This document shows, piece by piece, positions 1-9,498 of a stretch of DNA of 64,000 nt. The stretch comes from a virus. The DNA is taken from positions 1 through 64,000 of the IMG/VR virus record IMGVR_UViG_3300037961_005106. The stretch is one strand, 5' to 3'. The translations under genes and the position numbers were made by a program. The first letter of the stretch is position 1. Each line of letters opens with the position of its first letter. The notes under the pieces are model-generated. The model saw only the letters and a list, made by a program, of their open reading frames with translations. It did no database searches and had not been told where the DNA came from.

Positions 1-2
1 CT

Positions 3-1898
3 TCACCTGGATATAAACTTTCAGTCTTAACAACAGGTACGACTGATACTTCTCTGCACCTAGCAACAACCGGTGGTGCTTCTGCCAATGGAGATGCAAC
101 TAACTCAGTTAGATTTACTGGTGGTACTAACACAAGATGGGCAAACGCAAAATACGAAGCTTTTAATCATATATTTCATGCAAATGGCGTAGAGAAGATG
201 CGCCTCGACAGCTCTGGAGCGTTATTGGTTGGGACGACCAGTAAACCTGATGTTGGCGCTACTAAAAGTGTTCAGGTGGTGAATACAAGTACAGCAACTT
301 TGAGCCTAGGGCGAGATGACGCAACAATTAGCGCAGGGAACGATATTGGAGCCATAAGGTTTTGGGGTAATGCCGGTAGTTCGTATCAACAATGCGCTGA
401 AATTCTTGCAGAAGCGGACGGAACGCACGCAAACAACGACAAACCTTCACGCCTAGTCTTCTCCACTACTGCGGATGGAGGTAGCAGCCCAACCGAGCGA
501 CTGCGTATCGACAGCGCGGGACGAGTTGGTATCGGAACCACAACTGCTGAAAGTGACTTACATGTAAAAAAGGCTTCTGCTGGTTCATCTGCTATTCGTA
601 TTCAAAGGAACGGTTCAGCTTCATCTAATGGAGATGAATATGGGGCGTTACTTTTTGAAGGCACCAGCTACAGTGGTGCAAAAATTTCATCTCATAGAGA
701 TCATGGTACTTGGGATGATAGAGGTGATCTGAGATTTAGCACTGGATATGGAAATGAAGTCTTTACAGAGCGGATGCGCATCGACAATACTGGTGTCGTA
801 AGGATTGGAGGTACAGATACTTATAACGGTTCTGACAAACTAACTCTTGTGAATAATAGTGGAAATTGCAGCCTAACCATTGACTCAACATCTTCAGGAG
901 AGTCATCAATTTTCTTGGCTGATGGAACTTCTGGCACAGAGGCTTATAGAGGATATCTACAGTACAAACATAATACTGATGCTTTATGTTTTGGCACGTC
1001 AGGAAACGAGGGGATGCGATTGCATTACAATGGAACGCTATCTATTGGCAAATCTACATCATCTGACCCTAATAGATATGTTCAAATCCATAATGCAGGT
1101 GCAGCATCCTCTGCTTATTTCCAGTCAACAAATACAGGCACAGGCTCTGGCGCTTCTGACGGTATTGTCATGGGAATGGGCAGCGGTACTGATGCCTACT
1201 TCTGGAATTATGAAGGTGGCTTCATCGCTATGGCTACTTATGGAACTGAGCGAGTACGTATCACTGCTAACGGATTCCATAAACGTACTTGCACAAACGA
1301 TTATTATGGGGTTACCTCTAACTACCACGAAGATCGGCAAAGTACTGCAAACTGGACTACCTGTGTGACGAATACACATCAAACTTCGCCATATGGTGTT
1401 TTAATTGCTTATCCCAATTCTGCTCCTAACAATACAACAAATCAATTTTTATATTGCGCAGACAGTAGTGCACTTCGAGCTACTATTTATGCGAACGGAG
1501 GTCTTGTTAACTATCAAAGCAATAATGGCAATTTATGTGATGAACGCGAAAAGAAAAATATCGTTTCCAGCAATTCAAAGTGGAATGCTGTAAAGCAATG
1601 GAACATTAAAGAATTTCATTACAATGAAGATACTGACAGTGATGATAAGCGTCTTGGCGTTATTGCTCAAGAAGTAGAGCAAGCATCTCCAGAGCTTATT
1701 GTTGATTGGGTAAAGCAAAGAGCTGAAGAAGCTGAACTTGACGAAGATGGCATTGTTGTAAAGCCTGCAAAGGAAGAGATTCTGCGCAAAGGCGTTAAAG
1801 AGCAGCAGATGATGTGGATGGCAATCAAAGCATTGCAGGAAGCACAAGATCGTATTGAAACCCTAGAAGCCGAAGTCGCGATATTAAAAAATAAATAA
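3..1898 (+). CDS. Tail fibre/spike protein with C-terminal intramolecular chaperone (peptidase S74-like); 5'-truncated by window edge
   Basis: Frame is open from position 3. Repeated ERLRIDSxG motifs typical of marine phage fibres. C-terminal CDEREKKNI...GVIAQEVE...coiled-coil chaperone pattern. Confidence 0.85.
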   Translation, partial: SPGYKLSVLTTGTTDTSLHLATTGGASANGDATNSVRFTGGTNTRWANAKYEAFNHIFHANGVEKMRLDSSGALLVGTTSKPDVGATKSVQVVNTSTATLSLGRDDATISAGNDIGAIRFWGNAGSSYQQCAEILAEADGTHANNDKPSRLVFSTTADGGSSPTERLRIDSAGRVGIGTTTAESDLHVKKASAGSSAIRIQRNGSASSNGDEYGALLFEGTSYSGAKISSHRDHGTWDDRGDLRFSTGYGNEVFTERMRIDNTGVVRIGGTDTYNGSDKLTLVNNSGNCSLTIDSTSSGESSIFLADGTSGTEAYRGYLQYKHNTDALCFGTSGNEGMRLHYNGTLSIGKSTSSDPNRYVQIHNAGAASSAYFQSTNTGTGSGASDGIVMGMGSGTDAYFWNYEGGFIAMATYGTERVRITANGFHKRTCTNDYYGVTSNYHEDRQSTANWTTCVTNTHQTSPYGVLIAYPNSAPNNTTNQFLYCADSSALRATIYANGGLVNYQSNNGNLCDEREKKNIVSSNSKWNAVKQWNIKEFHYNEDTDSDDKRLGVIAQEVEQASPELIVDWVKQRAEEAELDEDGIVVKPAKEEILRKGVKEQQMMWMAIKALQEAQDRIETLEAEVAILKNK

Positions 1899-1930
1899 TA
1901 CTGTTAAACTAGTAAAAAAGATTTAGTTAA

Positions 1931-2263
1931 ATGGCTGACACTTATACCTGGTCTATTAATACTTTAGACCGTAAACTTTCTGATGGTGTTGTTTACACTG
2001 TTCATTGGAATCTTTCTGCATCACGTCCTAGTAAAGAAGTAAGTGGTGAACCTTATACTGCAGGCGTTTATGGTACACAAGGATATTCAGCAGATCCTTC
2101 TGATCCAGGATTTATTCCTTACGAAGATCTTACGGAATCTGATTGTATCGGCTGGGTACAAGATTCTTTAGGCGAAGAAAGTGTTGAGTCTTTAGAAGCA
2201 TATCTTTCAGCTAATCTTGATGAACAAGAAAACCCTACAGAAGCTGCAGGTGTACCTTGGTAA
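1931..2263 (+). CDS. Small acidic tail-fibre-associated protein
   Basis: TWSINTL...VHW...FIPYEDLTE..CIGWV...GVPW pattern commonly follows phage fibre genes. Confidence 0.65.
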   Translation: MADTYTWSINTLDRKLSDGVVYTVHWNLSASRPSKEVSGEPYTAGVYGTQGYSADPSDPGFIPYEDLTESDCIGWVQDSLGEESVESLEAYLSANLDEQENPTEAAGVPW

Positions 2264-2313
2264 TAAACCATAGTTTTTAGGCGTTAAAATAGAAGATATT
2301 AGACTGCGTAGAA

Positions 2314-4038
2314 ATGAGTACCATCAGAGTTGTTAATCTCCAGCACACAGATGCAACGGAGCCAAATATCGTATTGCAATCTGATGGTACTTCTGTTTTT
2401 GCCAGCGGTATTACGATTTCAGGCGGAACTAATTTAACTGTTAGTGGCACAGCAGAGTTTGCTTCAGGAACAGTTAGTGCTCCAAGTATTACATTTATTG
2501 ATGATAACAATACTGGTATTTATGAACCTGCAGCAGATACAGTAGCAATTACAACTGCAGCAACTGAGCGTTTACGTGTTGATAGCTCGGGAAATCTCCT
2601 TGTTGGTTTAACTACAGCAGTAGGCATTGGCGGAACTCCTGCTGATCTCAACAGTACTGAAATAGGCAGAGGCTATATCAACATTAGTCGTGATGATACG
2701 CAAGCTGCTGATCATATTCGATTCGGCAAGAATGGAAGCGTTGCTAGCTCTATTGGCACAAGTACAACAAACTCGTTAACGTTTAAGATTGGCACAACCG
2801 AGAGACTCAGAATAGACAGCTCGGGAAATGTAATAATTGGCAGTACTACAGCAGCATCTAATTGCCAGTTAACAGTTAGAAACGCTAATGCTCAACTTGC
2901 TCTGTATTCGACTCCTGGTGGCCTTAGTGTGCTTCATATGGGAGACACTGACAACCATTCTGATGGACAAATTTTATACGACAACAGTAGCGGTTACATG
3001 AAATTTGTTACAAGAGACAGTGAGCAGATGCGTATCGACAGCTCGGGTCGGTTGCTGGTGGGAGCAACAGGCGCAACTCAGTCATACATGACTCTTAGTT
3101 TGAAAGGCAACGGCGCATCATCTACTAATCAAGCCACCATTGGGCTCTCAAAAGGAGCAACTCCAAGCGGTACTGATCAAGAACTTGGTCGAATTGAGTT
3201 TTTTGATCCAGGTGGTAATCCAGGTGGCCATATTGTTGCTATTTCAGAAGCAGCATGGACAGCTGGATCTAGTCATCCAACTGGGTTGAAATTTGCTACC
3301 ACAGCAAGTAGCGCCGCGTCATCAACCGAGCGGATGCGCATCAGGTCAAATGGTGATGTAATTGTTGGTCCATACAGAGCACCTGGAACTTACGGCACTG
3401 TCGCTCAAAATATCCCGTATTCAATTAAGGCAGCACCTTACGGATGGGCAAATGGAAGCGAAATTGCAGCCATAAGTATGGGTTCTCATAATGGAACTGG
3501 ACAAGATGATGGGCAGATTGTATTTAAAACAGCCGCAGACGTACACTCAAGTTCTACTGGCCTACAAGAACGTGTTCGCATTCTTTCAACTGGAGGAATG
3601 ACATTCAACGGTGATACTGCACAAGCCAATGCACTAGACGATTACGAAGAAGGTACTTTTACTCCAAATGCCTTTGGTGCAACAACAATTGGAAATACAA
3701 CTTACGGTCTTCAATTTGGCGCTTATGTAAAAGTAGGCCAATTATGCCATATTCAGATTCGTCTTCAAGTGAATAGCATGACTGGGACCGGAAACTTACG
3801 TATTGGAGGTTTACCTTTCACAGCTATGAATGACCTTCAAAGAGGGTATGGATCTATGGCTATCTCATACGTAGATAATTTAACCATGCCAGGATCAGGT
3901 ACTCAATATGGCGGATTTACAGAATATAATCAAACATATATTAGAATGATGGGCATTACGCCAACCTCAAATATTGCCCCCATCCTTACTGATAGTTCTT
4001 TTGTTATCCTTATGAGCGGAACTTATAAAACTACTTAA
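2314..4038 (+). CDS. Tail fibre protein
   Basis: GTVSAPSITF..D.NTGIY N-terminal module, ERLRIDSSG repeats, C-terminal ALDDYEEGTFTP domain. Confidence 0.85.
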   Translation: MSTIRVVNLQHTDATEPNIVLQSDGTSVFASGITISGGTNLTVSGTAEFASGTVSAPSITFIDDNNTGIYEPAADTVAITTAATERLRVDSSGNLLVGLTTAVGIGGTPADLNSTEIGRGYINISRDDTQAADHIRFGKNGSVASSIGTSTTNSLTFKIGTTERLRIDSSGNVIIGSTTAASNCQLTVRNANAQLALYSTPGGLSVLHMGDTDNHSDGQILYDNSSGYMKFVTRDSEQMRIDSSGRLLVGATGATQSYMTLSLKGNGASSTNQATIGLSKGATPSGTDQELGRIEFFDPGGNPGGHIVAISEAAWTAGSSHPTGLKFATTASSAASSTERMRIRSNGDVIVGPYRAPGTYGTVAQNIPYSIKAAPYGWANGSEIAAISMGSHNGTGQDDGQIVFKTAADVHSSSTGLQERVRILSTGGMTFNGDTAQANALDDYEEGTFTPNAFGATTIGNTTYGLQFGAYVKVGQLCHIQIRLQVNSMTGTGNLRIGGLPFTAMNDLQRGYGSMAISYVDNLTMPGSGTQYGGFTEYNQTYIRMMGITPTSNIAPILTDSSFVILMSGTYKTT

Positions 4039-4095
4039 GCCCGCGACTGGCTTTAAACTAAAACCTAAACCTGTTTTTATCGGAGATAAATCCTA

Positions 4096-4344
4096 ATGGC
4101 TTTTACAGAATCTTTTGAATACAAACTAGAAATCATTCCTCCTTCCAGCATTATTCAATGCCGCCGCGCTGACATCATTAAAAAAGATGGTGTTGAGGTA
4201 GCACGTTCATATCACCGGACAGTTTATAGTCCTGGCGATGATGTGTCTGAAGCGCCGCAAGAAGTGAAAGATGTTGCTGGTGCTCTTTGGACAGCTGAAT
4301 TAATTGAAGCTTACAAAGAAAGCCAACAAGAAAGCTCTGTATAA
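4096..4344 (+). CDS. Tail-fibre-associated small protein (chaperone-like)
   Basis: Follows the DDYEEG-type fibre; IQCRRADIIKKDGVEVARSYHR pattern; GGAG Shine-Dalgarno. Confidence 0.65.
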   Translation: MAFTESFEYKLEIIPPSSIIQCRRADIIKKDGVEVARSYHRTVYSPGDDVSEAPQEVKDVAGALWTAELIEAYKESQQESSV

Positions 4345-4392
4345 AAAGCTGCGGAAACCTGATTTATAATTAGGAAAAAGTAACGTAGTAAA

Positions 4393-6651
4393 ATGTCGGG
4401 TACCTTAAGGCTTCGTGGTGCAACTTCTGGTTATTCTGAACTGCAAGCTCCTGCGGTAGCAGCAGATCAAACCTTTGTTTTGCCTTCTACAGGTGGTACC
4501 CTTCTTACTACGGATTCACCTGTTCCTAAATTAACTTTACAATTAGGTTCTGCATCTCAGCCTTCTCTTACTTTTCAAGGTGATACAGATACTGGTTTAT
4601 TTTCTGCTGGTGCTAATACTCTTAATTTAGTTACAGGCGGTAGTAATCGTTTAGTTATCGATAGTTCAGGACGAGTTGGCGTAGGCACCTCGTCTCCAGG
4701 CACTAAGTTACAAGTCAATGGTGACGTAAAAGTAGTTAATACAGGAATTACTTATCTACAGCCTAATACAGTTTCTGCTTTCCAGACGTATGAATCATCT
4801 GGCCCAGTAAAAATCGAGCTACTTAATAACGGCAGCATCAATGCGGCTGGTGATTTATTCAAACTCTATTCAAATGGCTCAATCGACTTATATAGGCAAA
4901 CCACTACAGGCACCAATGGACTGCTGACCTTTCACTCTGATCTTGGTGGAACGCGTACTCAAAAAGCAATTATTAAAGCCGACGGCTCGGCAGAGTTTGC
5001 TGGTCCTATCACTATCTATGATGCTTTAGCCGTCGCAGCGTCTGATTCATCATTTATTATACGAAATCCAGGTAACACAGCTGATGTAGCGACCATTGAT
5101 GGAGCAGGTTCGGCAGAGTTTGCTGCAGACGCCAAAATCAACACCTTAACAGTTGGCCTTGGTGCAAGTGGTGTTACAAACAACACAGCCCTTGGATATA
5201 ACGCTCTCGCTGCAAATGTCAATGGCGGAGGTAATCTGGCCTTAGGATATGCAGCTCTTGCACAGAATACTAGTGGCGGAAATAATACAGCCGCAGGTTA
5301 TGGTGCATTAAATAGCAACAGTAGCGGCGCTAATAACGTAGCTATTGGTTTAGCGGCATTAGAAAGAAATACTTCTGCAAGTAACAATACCGCTGTAGGA
5401 TTATCTTCATTAGCAAATAATACTACAGGCGCTAATAATACTGCAGTTGGATATTATGCAGGTTACACCAATACAACCGGCACCTTAAACACTTTTATTG
5501 GCCGAAGCGCTGCCGCTTTTAATACTACTGGCACTCAAAACACTGCATTAGGTTATCAGGCGTTATACACCAATAGCACTGGCGGCAATAATGTAGCTAT
5601 TGGATTACACGCTTTATATTCAAGTACCACAGTAAATGCAAATGTTGCCATTGGCACTAACTGCATGAAGTCAGCTACAACTGCCATATACAATACTGCC
5701 ATAGGTTATAAAGCACTTGAATCAATTACGACTAGTAGTTATCACACTGCAGTTGGTTACGAGGCTCTTCTTAATAACGGCAGTGGCCAGATTAATACTG
5801 TGGTTGGCTTCCACGCAATGCGTGCAAATACTTCAGGCAGCTTTAACACAGGCTTGGGTTACGCTGCACTGGTTAGTAACCATACAGGCCAGAGAAATAC
5901 TGCCGTTGGATATCAAGCACTAAATGATAATACTAGTGGCAGTTACAACACCGCTGTTGGAATGTATTCCCATTACTACGCCACTACCGGTGATGGCAAT
6001 ACGGCCCTGGGATACACTTCATTGCACAACTGCACAACATCTAATTACAACACAGCAATAGGTTATCAAGCTCTTTATCAAACAACGACTGGCTCACAAA
6101 ATACTGCTATTGGACTTAGCGCCGGTTATGCAGTCACAACGGGAAGCTGCAATACTCTCATTGGTAGATCGGCACTAGAAGGTCTCACCACCGGCTCTGG
6201 CAATATTGGATTGGGTAATACTGATGCAGGAGGCAGTTATAACCCAACATTTTATGTAACTACAGAGAGCAATCGTCTTGTCTTAGGACACAACGGGATT
6301 ACCAATGCTTACGTTAAAGTCTCCTGGACAGTTACATCAGACGAACGCGATAAGATGAACTTCGCTTCAGTTCCTCATGGACTGGACTTTGTTAATCAAC
6401 TCAAGCCAACTGCTTTCCAATTCAAGGTTGATCGTGATACTGAAGAGCCAAGCGGTGATGTTCGTTATGGCTTCAAAGCGCAAGACATCCTTGCATTAGA
6501 AGGAGACAATCCTGTTATAATTGATGCAGAAGATCCTGATCACCTAAAATATAAAGGTGAGCATCTTGTACCTGTATTAGTCAATGCTGTACAGGAACTG
6601 ACTAAAATGGTCAAAGAGCTACAAACTGAAATTGAATCACTTAAAGGTTAA
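4393..6651 (+). CDS. Tail fibre/adhesin with ~14-aa N-T-A-x-G-Y-x-A-L repeats and C-terminal S74-like chaperone
   Basis: More than 20 tandem 14-residue repeats (YadA-head-like beta roll); SDERDK...YGFKAQD chaperone motif. Confidence 0.85.
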   Translation: MSGTLRLRGATSGYSELQAPAVAADQTFVLPSTGGTLLTTDSPVPKLTLQLGSASQPSLTFQGDTDTGLFSAGANTLNLVTGGSNRLVIDSSGRVGVGTSSPGTKLQVNGDVKVVNTGITYLQPNTVSAFQTYESSGPVKIELLNNGSINAAGDLFKLYSNGSIDLYRQTTTGTNGLLTFHSDLGGTRTQKAIIKADGSAEFAGPITIYDALAVAASDSSFIIRNPGNTADVATIDGAGSAEFAADAKINTLTVGLGASGVTNNTALGYNALAANVNGGGNLALGYAALAQNTSGGNNTAAGYGALNSNSSGANNVAIGLAALERNTSASNNTAVGLSSLANNTTGANNTAVGYYAGYTNTTGTLNTFIGRSAAAFNTTGTQNTALGYQALYTNSTGGNNVAIGLHALYSSTTVNANVAIGTNCMKSATTAIYNTAIGYKALESITTSSYHTAVGYEALLNNGSGQINTVVGFHAMRANTSGSFNTGLGYAALVSNHTGQRNTAVGYQALNDNTSGSYNTAVGMYSHYYATTGDGNTALGYTSLHNCTTSNYNTAIGYQALYQTTTGSQNTAIGLSAGYAVTTGSCNTLIGRSALEGLTTGSGNIGLGNTDAGGSYNPTFYVTTESNRLVLGHNGITNAYVKVSWTVTSDERDKMNFASVPHGLDFVNQLKPTAFQFKVDRDTEEPSGDVRYGFKAQDILALEGDNPVIIDAEDPDHLKYKGEHLVPVLVNAVQELTKMVKELQTEIESLKG

Positions 6652-6653
6652 TC

Positions 6654-6881
6654 ATGGATGAGATGGAACTGACTGCTGAACAGATCGCTCAACATTACTC
6701 TGCTGCTTTGGATAGCGTGGATTTAATCAATGAGCTGATGGCTCTTGAATCACGTGATGAAGAAGAGACAGCAACAGTAGATCGTAATGTCGAACATCTA
6801 GAAATTATGGTTGCAAAAGATTATTGGACGACAGAGGACTTAACTCCTTTCAATGATGCTATTGCAGCGGGCAAAGGTTAA
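6654..6881 (+). CDS. Small acidic fibre-associated protein
   Basis: Directly follows the fibre gene; RNVEHLEIMVAKDYWT motif. Confidence 0.6.
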   Translation: MDEMELTAEQIAQHYSAALDSVDLINELMALESRDEEETATVDRNVEHLEIMVAKDYWTTEDLTPFNDAIAAGKG

Positions 6882-6950
6882 ACATCAGTGATAACCGTAT
6901 TGCAACTTTAGAAAATAACTGATATATTGTTTAGGTAATAACTACTGACT

Positions 6951-7136
6951 ATGGCCTGCAAACAATCTGAATTGGTGTCTGCTATTAATTCTTTTGGTGC
7001 TGCACGTTCAACCGGAGACGCAAATCTTGTTGCATTTTCTGGACGACTTATTGGCGAACTTCTGGAAACTCTTACGTTTGAACCAGAAAGTGACCCCACT
7101 GAAGAAGGAGAAACCAGTGACGATCAATCTGAATAA
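6951..7136 (+). CDS. Hypothetical protein
   Basis: ORF track; colinear with the late genes. Confidence 0.55.
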   Translation: MACKQSELVSAINSFGAARSTGDANLVAFSGRLIGELLETLTFEPESDPTEEGETSDDQSE

Positions 7137-7797
7137 AGCAGCAAAATACTACAAGGAATTATCTCATCAGATCGCAGCTTGGAACTATTTAGAATCCAAG
7201 ATTCCTGATGAGATCCTTGATGAGTTTGCAGAAATTTATCGTGCTGGGCCAGCTAATCCCAGTACTAAAGTCATTACGCCACAAATTTGTCAGCAGTTAA
7301 CAGGCTATGCTGCGAATAAATTTGACCATACTTTTTGTGGCGACTTTAATAAGCTACTAATGGCTTCTGGCTTTGATAAGCATACAGAAGCAATGTGTAT
7401 GCTTATTGCCAACCTTCTCCATGAGACAGGTAATTTTCGCTGGATGTCTGAAATAGCAGACGGAACAGCCTACAACAATCGTTCTGACTTAGGTAATGGC
7501 CCTAATGACGGACCAAAATATAAAGGAGCAGGTGTACTAATGCTAACCGGTAGGTACAATTACTCACGGGCAGCAGAAGAGTTACATGACCCTTTAATTC
7601 TTGAACGCGGATGTGAATATGTCACTGCACATTACCCATTCCGTTCTGCTTTACCTTGGATTAAAGATAATAACCTGCTAAACATTTGCCTTACAAAAGG
7701 CTTTGATGAGTGTTGCTATAGAATTAATGGGGGTTGGAACGGTAAAGCTGACCGTGACAAAAAATATGAAATCACCAAAAACGTCTTCGGAATTTAA
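7117..7797 (+). CDS. Endolysin, glycoside hydrolase family 19 (probable GTG start at 7117)
   Basis: HETGNF..MSEI...DLGN...GPKYKGAGVLMLTGRYNY and INGGWNG..DR GH19 motifs; AAGGAG upstream of GTG. Confidence 0.85.
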   Translation: MTINLNKAAKYYKELSHQIAAWNYLESKIPDEILDEFAEIYRAGPANPSTKVITPQICQQLTGYAANKFDHTFCGDFNKLLMASGFDKHTEAMCMLIANLLHETGNFRWMSEIADGTAYNNRSDLGNGPNDGPKYKGAGVLMLTGRYNYSRAAEELHDPLILERGCEYVTAHYPFRSALPWIKDNNLLNICLTKGFDECCYRINGGWNGKADRDKKYEITKNVFGI

Positions 7798-7869
7798 CAC
7801 AGCAATTGTTTTCTTCCTGGCGCAATGGGCTTTAATTTCAATTGCCCTCCTCTTTAACGCTATGATTAA

Positions 7870-8025
7870 ATGAAAAAAGAATATAAAAAAAGAGTTAATG
7901 TTTGCTGGGAGATTGGAAAAGAAAGAAAATGTGAGACAATGTCTAAAGAAGACGCTTATGCACTACGTGACTGGCTAGACAAAAACAATGGTTTTTGTTT
8001 CTGGTTTCAGGCACTAGAAGATTAA
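7870..8025 (+). CDS. Hypothetical 51-aa protein (MKKEYKKRVNVCWE...)
   Basis: Manually translated short ORF. Confidence 0.55.
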   Translation: MKKEYKKRVNVCWEIGKERKCETMSKEDAYALRDWLDKNNGFCFWFQALED

Positions 8026-8031
8026 TTACCC

Positions 8032-8193
8032 ATGGACAACGAAACTTTTCAAGAGTTATACGAATTACTAGAGGATACCCTTGGGTATTTTGCAGATGAA
8101 AACACTACATCTGAAAAACTTAATTGGTTAGCAGTCGAAGCAATTGCTAAAACAAAAAGGATTGAATTAGGAGTCACTCATCCTTGCGATTAA
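8032..8193 (+). CDS. Hypothetical acidic protein, ~53 aa
   Basis: Manually translated short ORF (MDNETFQELYELLE...). Confidence 0.5.
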   Translation: MDNETFQELYELLEDTLGYFADENTTSEKLNWLAVEAIAKTKRIELGVTHPCD

Positions 8194-8350
8194 AAAGTCC
8201 ATAAGGATCTTCTACTGATCCAGTCGGACCTTTAAGTTCTACTGGTTTCCAATTGGTTTGGTTTTTATATTGATCAACAGACTTTGTAATACGATGATTT
8301 GTCAGCGCTAAATTTTTTCTGCGCTCAAGCTCATCTTTAATTCTTTGTTT

Positions 8351-8416
8351 ATCACTCCGTAATGACCACTGTGCAATAAAGACAGCATCATCAGGAGTGA
8401 TTCCTTTTACTTTTTT
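8351..8416 (-). promoter_or_regulatory. Candidate -1 programmed ribosomal frameshift signal
   Basis: Slippery heptamer A_AAA_AAG (8416-8410), 8-nt spacer, long stem-loop 8401-8351; -1 frame open for 78 codons. Confidence 0.7.
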
Positions 8417-8553
8417 ACTGACGGCTTAAGGTTTAATACAGCCTTAAGTGCAAGTTGAATAATGCTGTTATCTTTTAAAGGAGATAACGCAATGATTTCA
8501 GATGCAGCAGCAACAACGATCCAAGTAATAGGATTAGAGAGAAGTTCGTGCAT
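8407..8553 (-). CDS. 48-aa membrane protein (holin-like); likely extended to 8174 by -1 frameshift
   Basis: MHELLSNPITWIVVAAASEIIALSPLKDNSIIQLALKAVLNLKPSVKK*; hydrophobic N-terminus; ends on A_AAA_AAG TAA. Confidence 0.7.
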   Translation of the reverse strand: MHELLSNPITWIVVAAASEIIALSPLKDNSIIQLALKAVLNLKPSVKK

Positions 8554-8578
8554 GTTTACTTCTGTAAGTAATTACATT

Positions 8579-9313
8579 CTACCTGTCAAATTTTTCCTGA
8601 TCATCAACAGGTTTAAATAATTTCCAATTATATTTTTTTTGTTGTTCAGTCTTTGTTTCCCAAAAATATTCTTCTGACTCACCGAGTCGTCCCCACTTTG
8701 CATTAGGAGATTCAACTTGTAAGTAGCGAGTTGAAACTAAAAAGTCTGGTGTTTTAAGAGCTTCAGGTGACAAAGAAGGGTCAGTGATACGGCATCTGTT
8801 GTTTGGGTAGAGAGCGATCTGACCGGTTTGCAATGCAATAACGTTAAAGGACTTGTGTTCATCCGGGGTTTCGGCGAAAGATAAATCAACCCTAGAGCGG
8901 TCCCCATTAAAGCTGTCAATAGTAAACAAGTATTCCCCAGGGAAAGACCCGTTTGTTTTGGTTCTGATTTCCCAGCCCATTGTGTAGGGAAGATTTTTTT
9001 CCAGCGTGGTAATGTCATAACTAAAACAATTCCAAAATTGAAGTTCTTCTAAGGGTAAATCAGGAAGAGGTGCTTGTGGTTCTTCTGGTGAATCGGAATC
9101 CCACAATAAAAAAGCAGAGATAGGAAGCTTGTCATACAAAGCTCCGTACTCTGGAAGAAAAGTTTCAAAGTAAAAAACACGGCCAGGGAGAGACTTAATT
9201 GATGTCCAATAGCCCAGGACATATTCTCCGTGCCCGTCTCTAAGATCTCGTAAATACTCCTTACGAACCCAAACTTTAACTGGGGGTACATTCGTAATTA
9301 AAGAAGCCACCAA
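8579..9313 (-). CDS. Conserved marine phage protein of unknown function
   Basis: 244-aa ORF with VWVRKEYL..., GALYDKLPISAF, EHKSFNVI and YPNNR motifs. Confidence 0.7.
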   Translation of the reverse strand: MVASLITNVPPVKVWVRKEYLRDLRDGHGEYVLGYWTSIKSLPGRVFYFETFLPEYGALYDKLPISAFLLWDSDSPEEPQAPLPDLPLEELQFWNCFSYDITTLEKNLPYTMGWEIRTKTNGSFPGEYLFTIDSFNGDRSRVDLSFAETPDEHKSFNVIALQTGQIALYPNNRCRITDPSLSPEALKTPDFLVSTRYLQVESPNAKWGRLGESEEYFWETKTEQQKKYNWKLFKPVDDQEKFDR

Positions 9314-9469
9314 CTAGACATCGTATTCTTTGCATTCTACCTGCCAAGGTTCCTTTTCGCAGTATTTTTTAAACAAAGTAGTAGGATTTTCTTTTTTTTC
9401 TTTTGCTTTTCCCTTCCAATAATCACCAATTAAGTCTGTAGGTTGCTTTACTAAAGGCTCAGTAGTCAT
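9314..9469 (-). CDS. cp12: CP12-like Calvin-cycle inhibitor (C-terminal Cys pair only)
   Basis: 51 aa ending ...NPTTLFKKYCEKEPWQVECKEYDV*, i.e. the C-x8-C-x-x-Y-D CP12 C-terminus. Not in the ORF track. Confidence 0.65.
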   Translation of the reverse strand: MTTEPLVKQPTDLIGDYWKGKAKEKKENPTTLFKKYCEKEPWQVECKEYDV

Positions 9470-9498
9470 AATTAAAAAGACACAATTACATTGTAATG

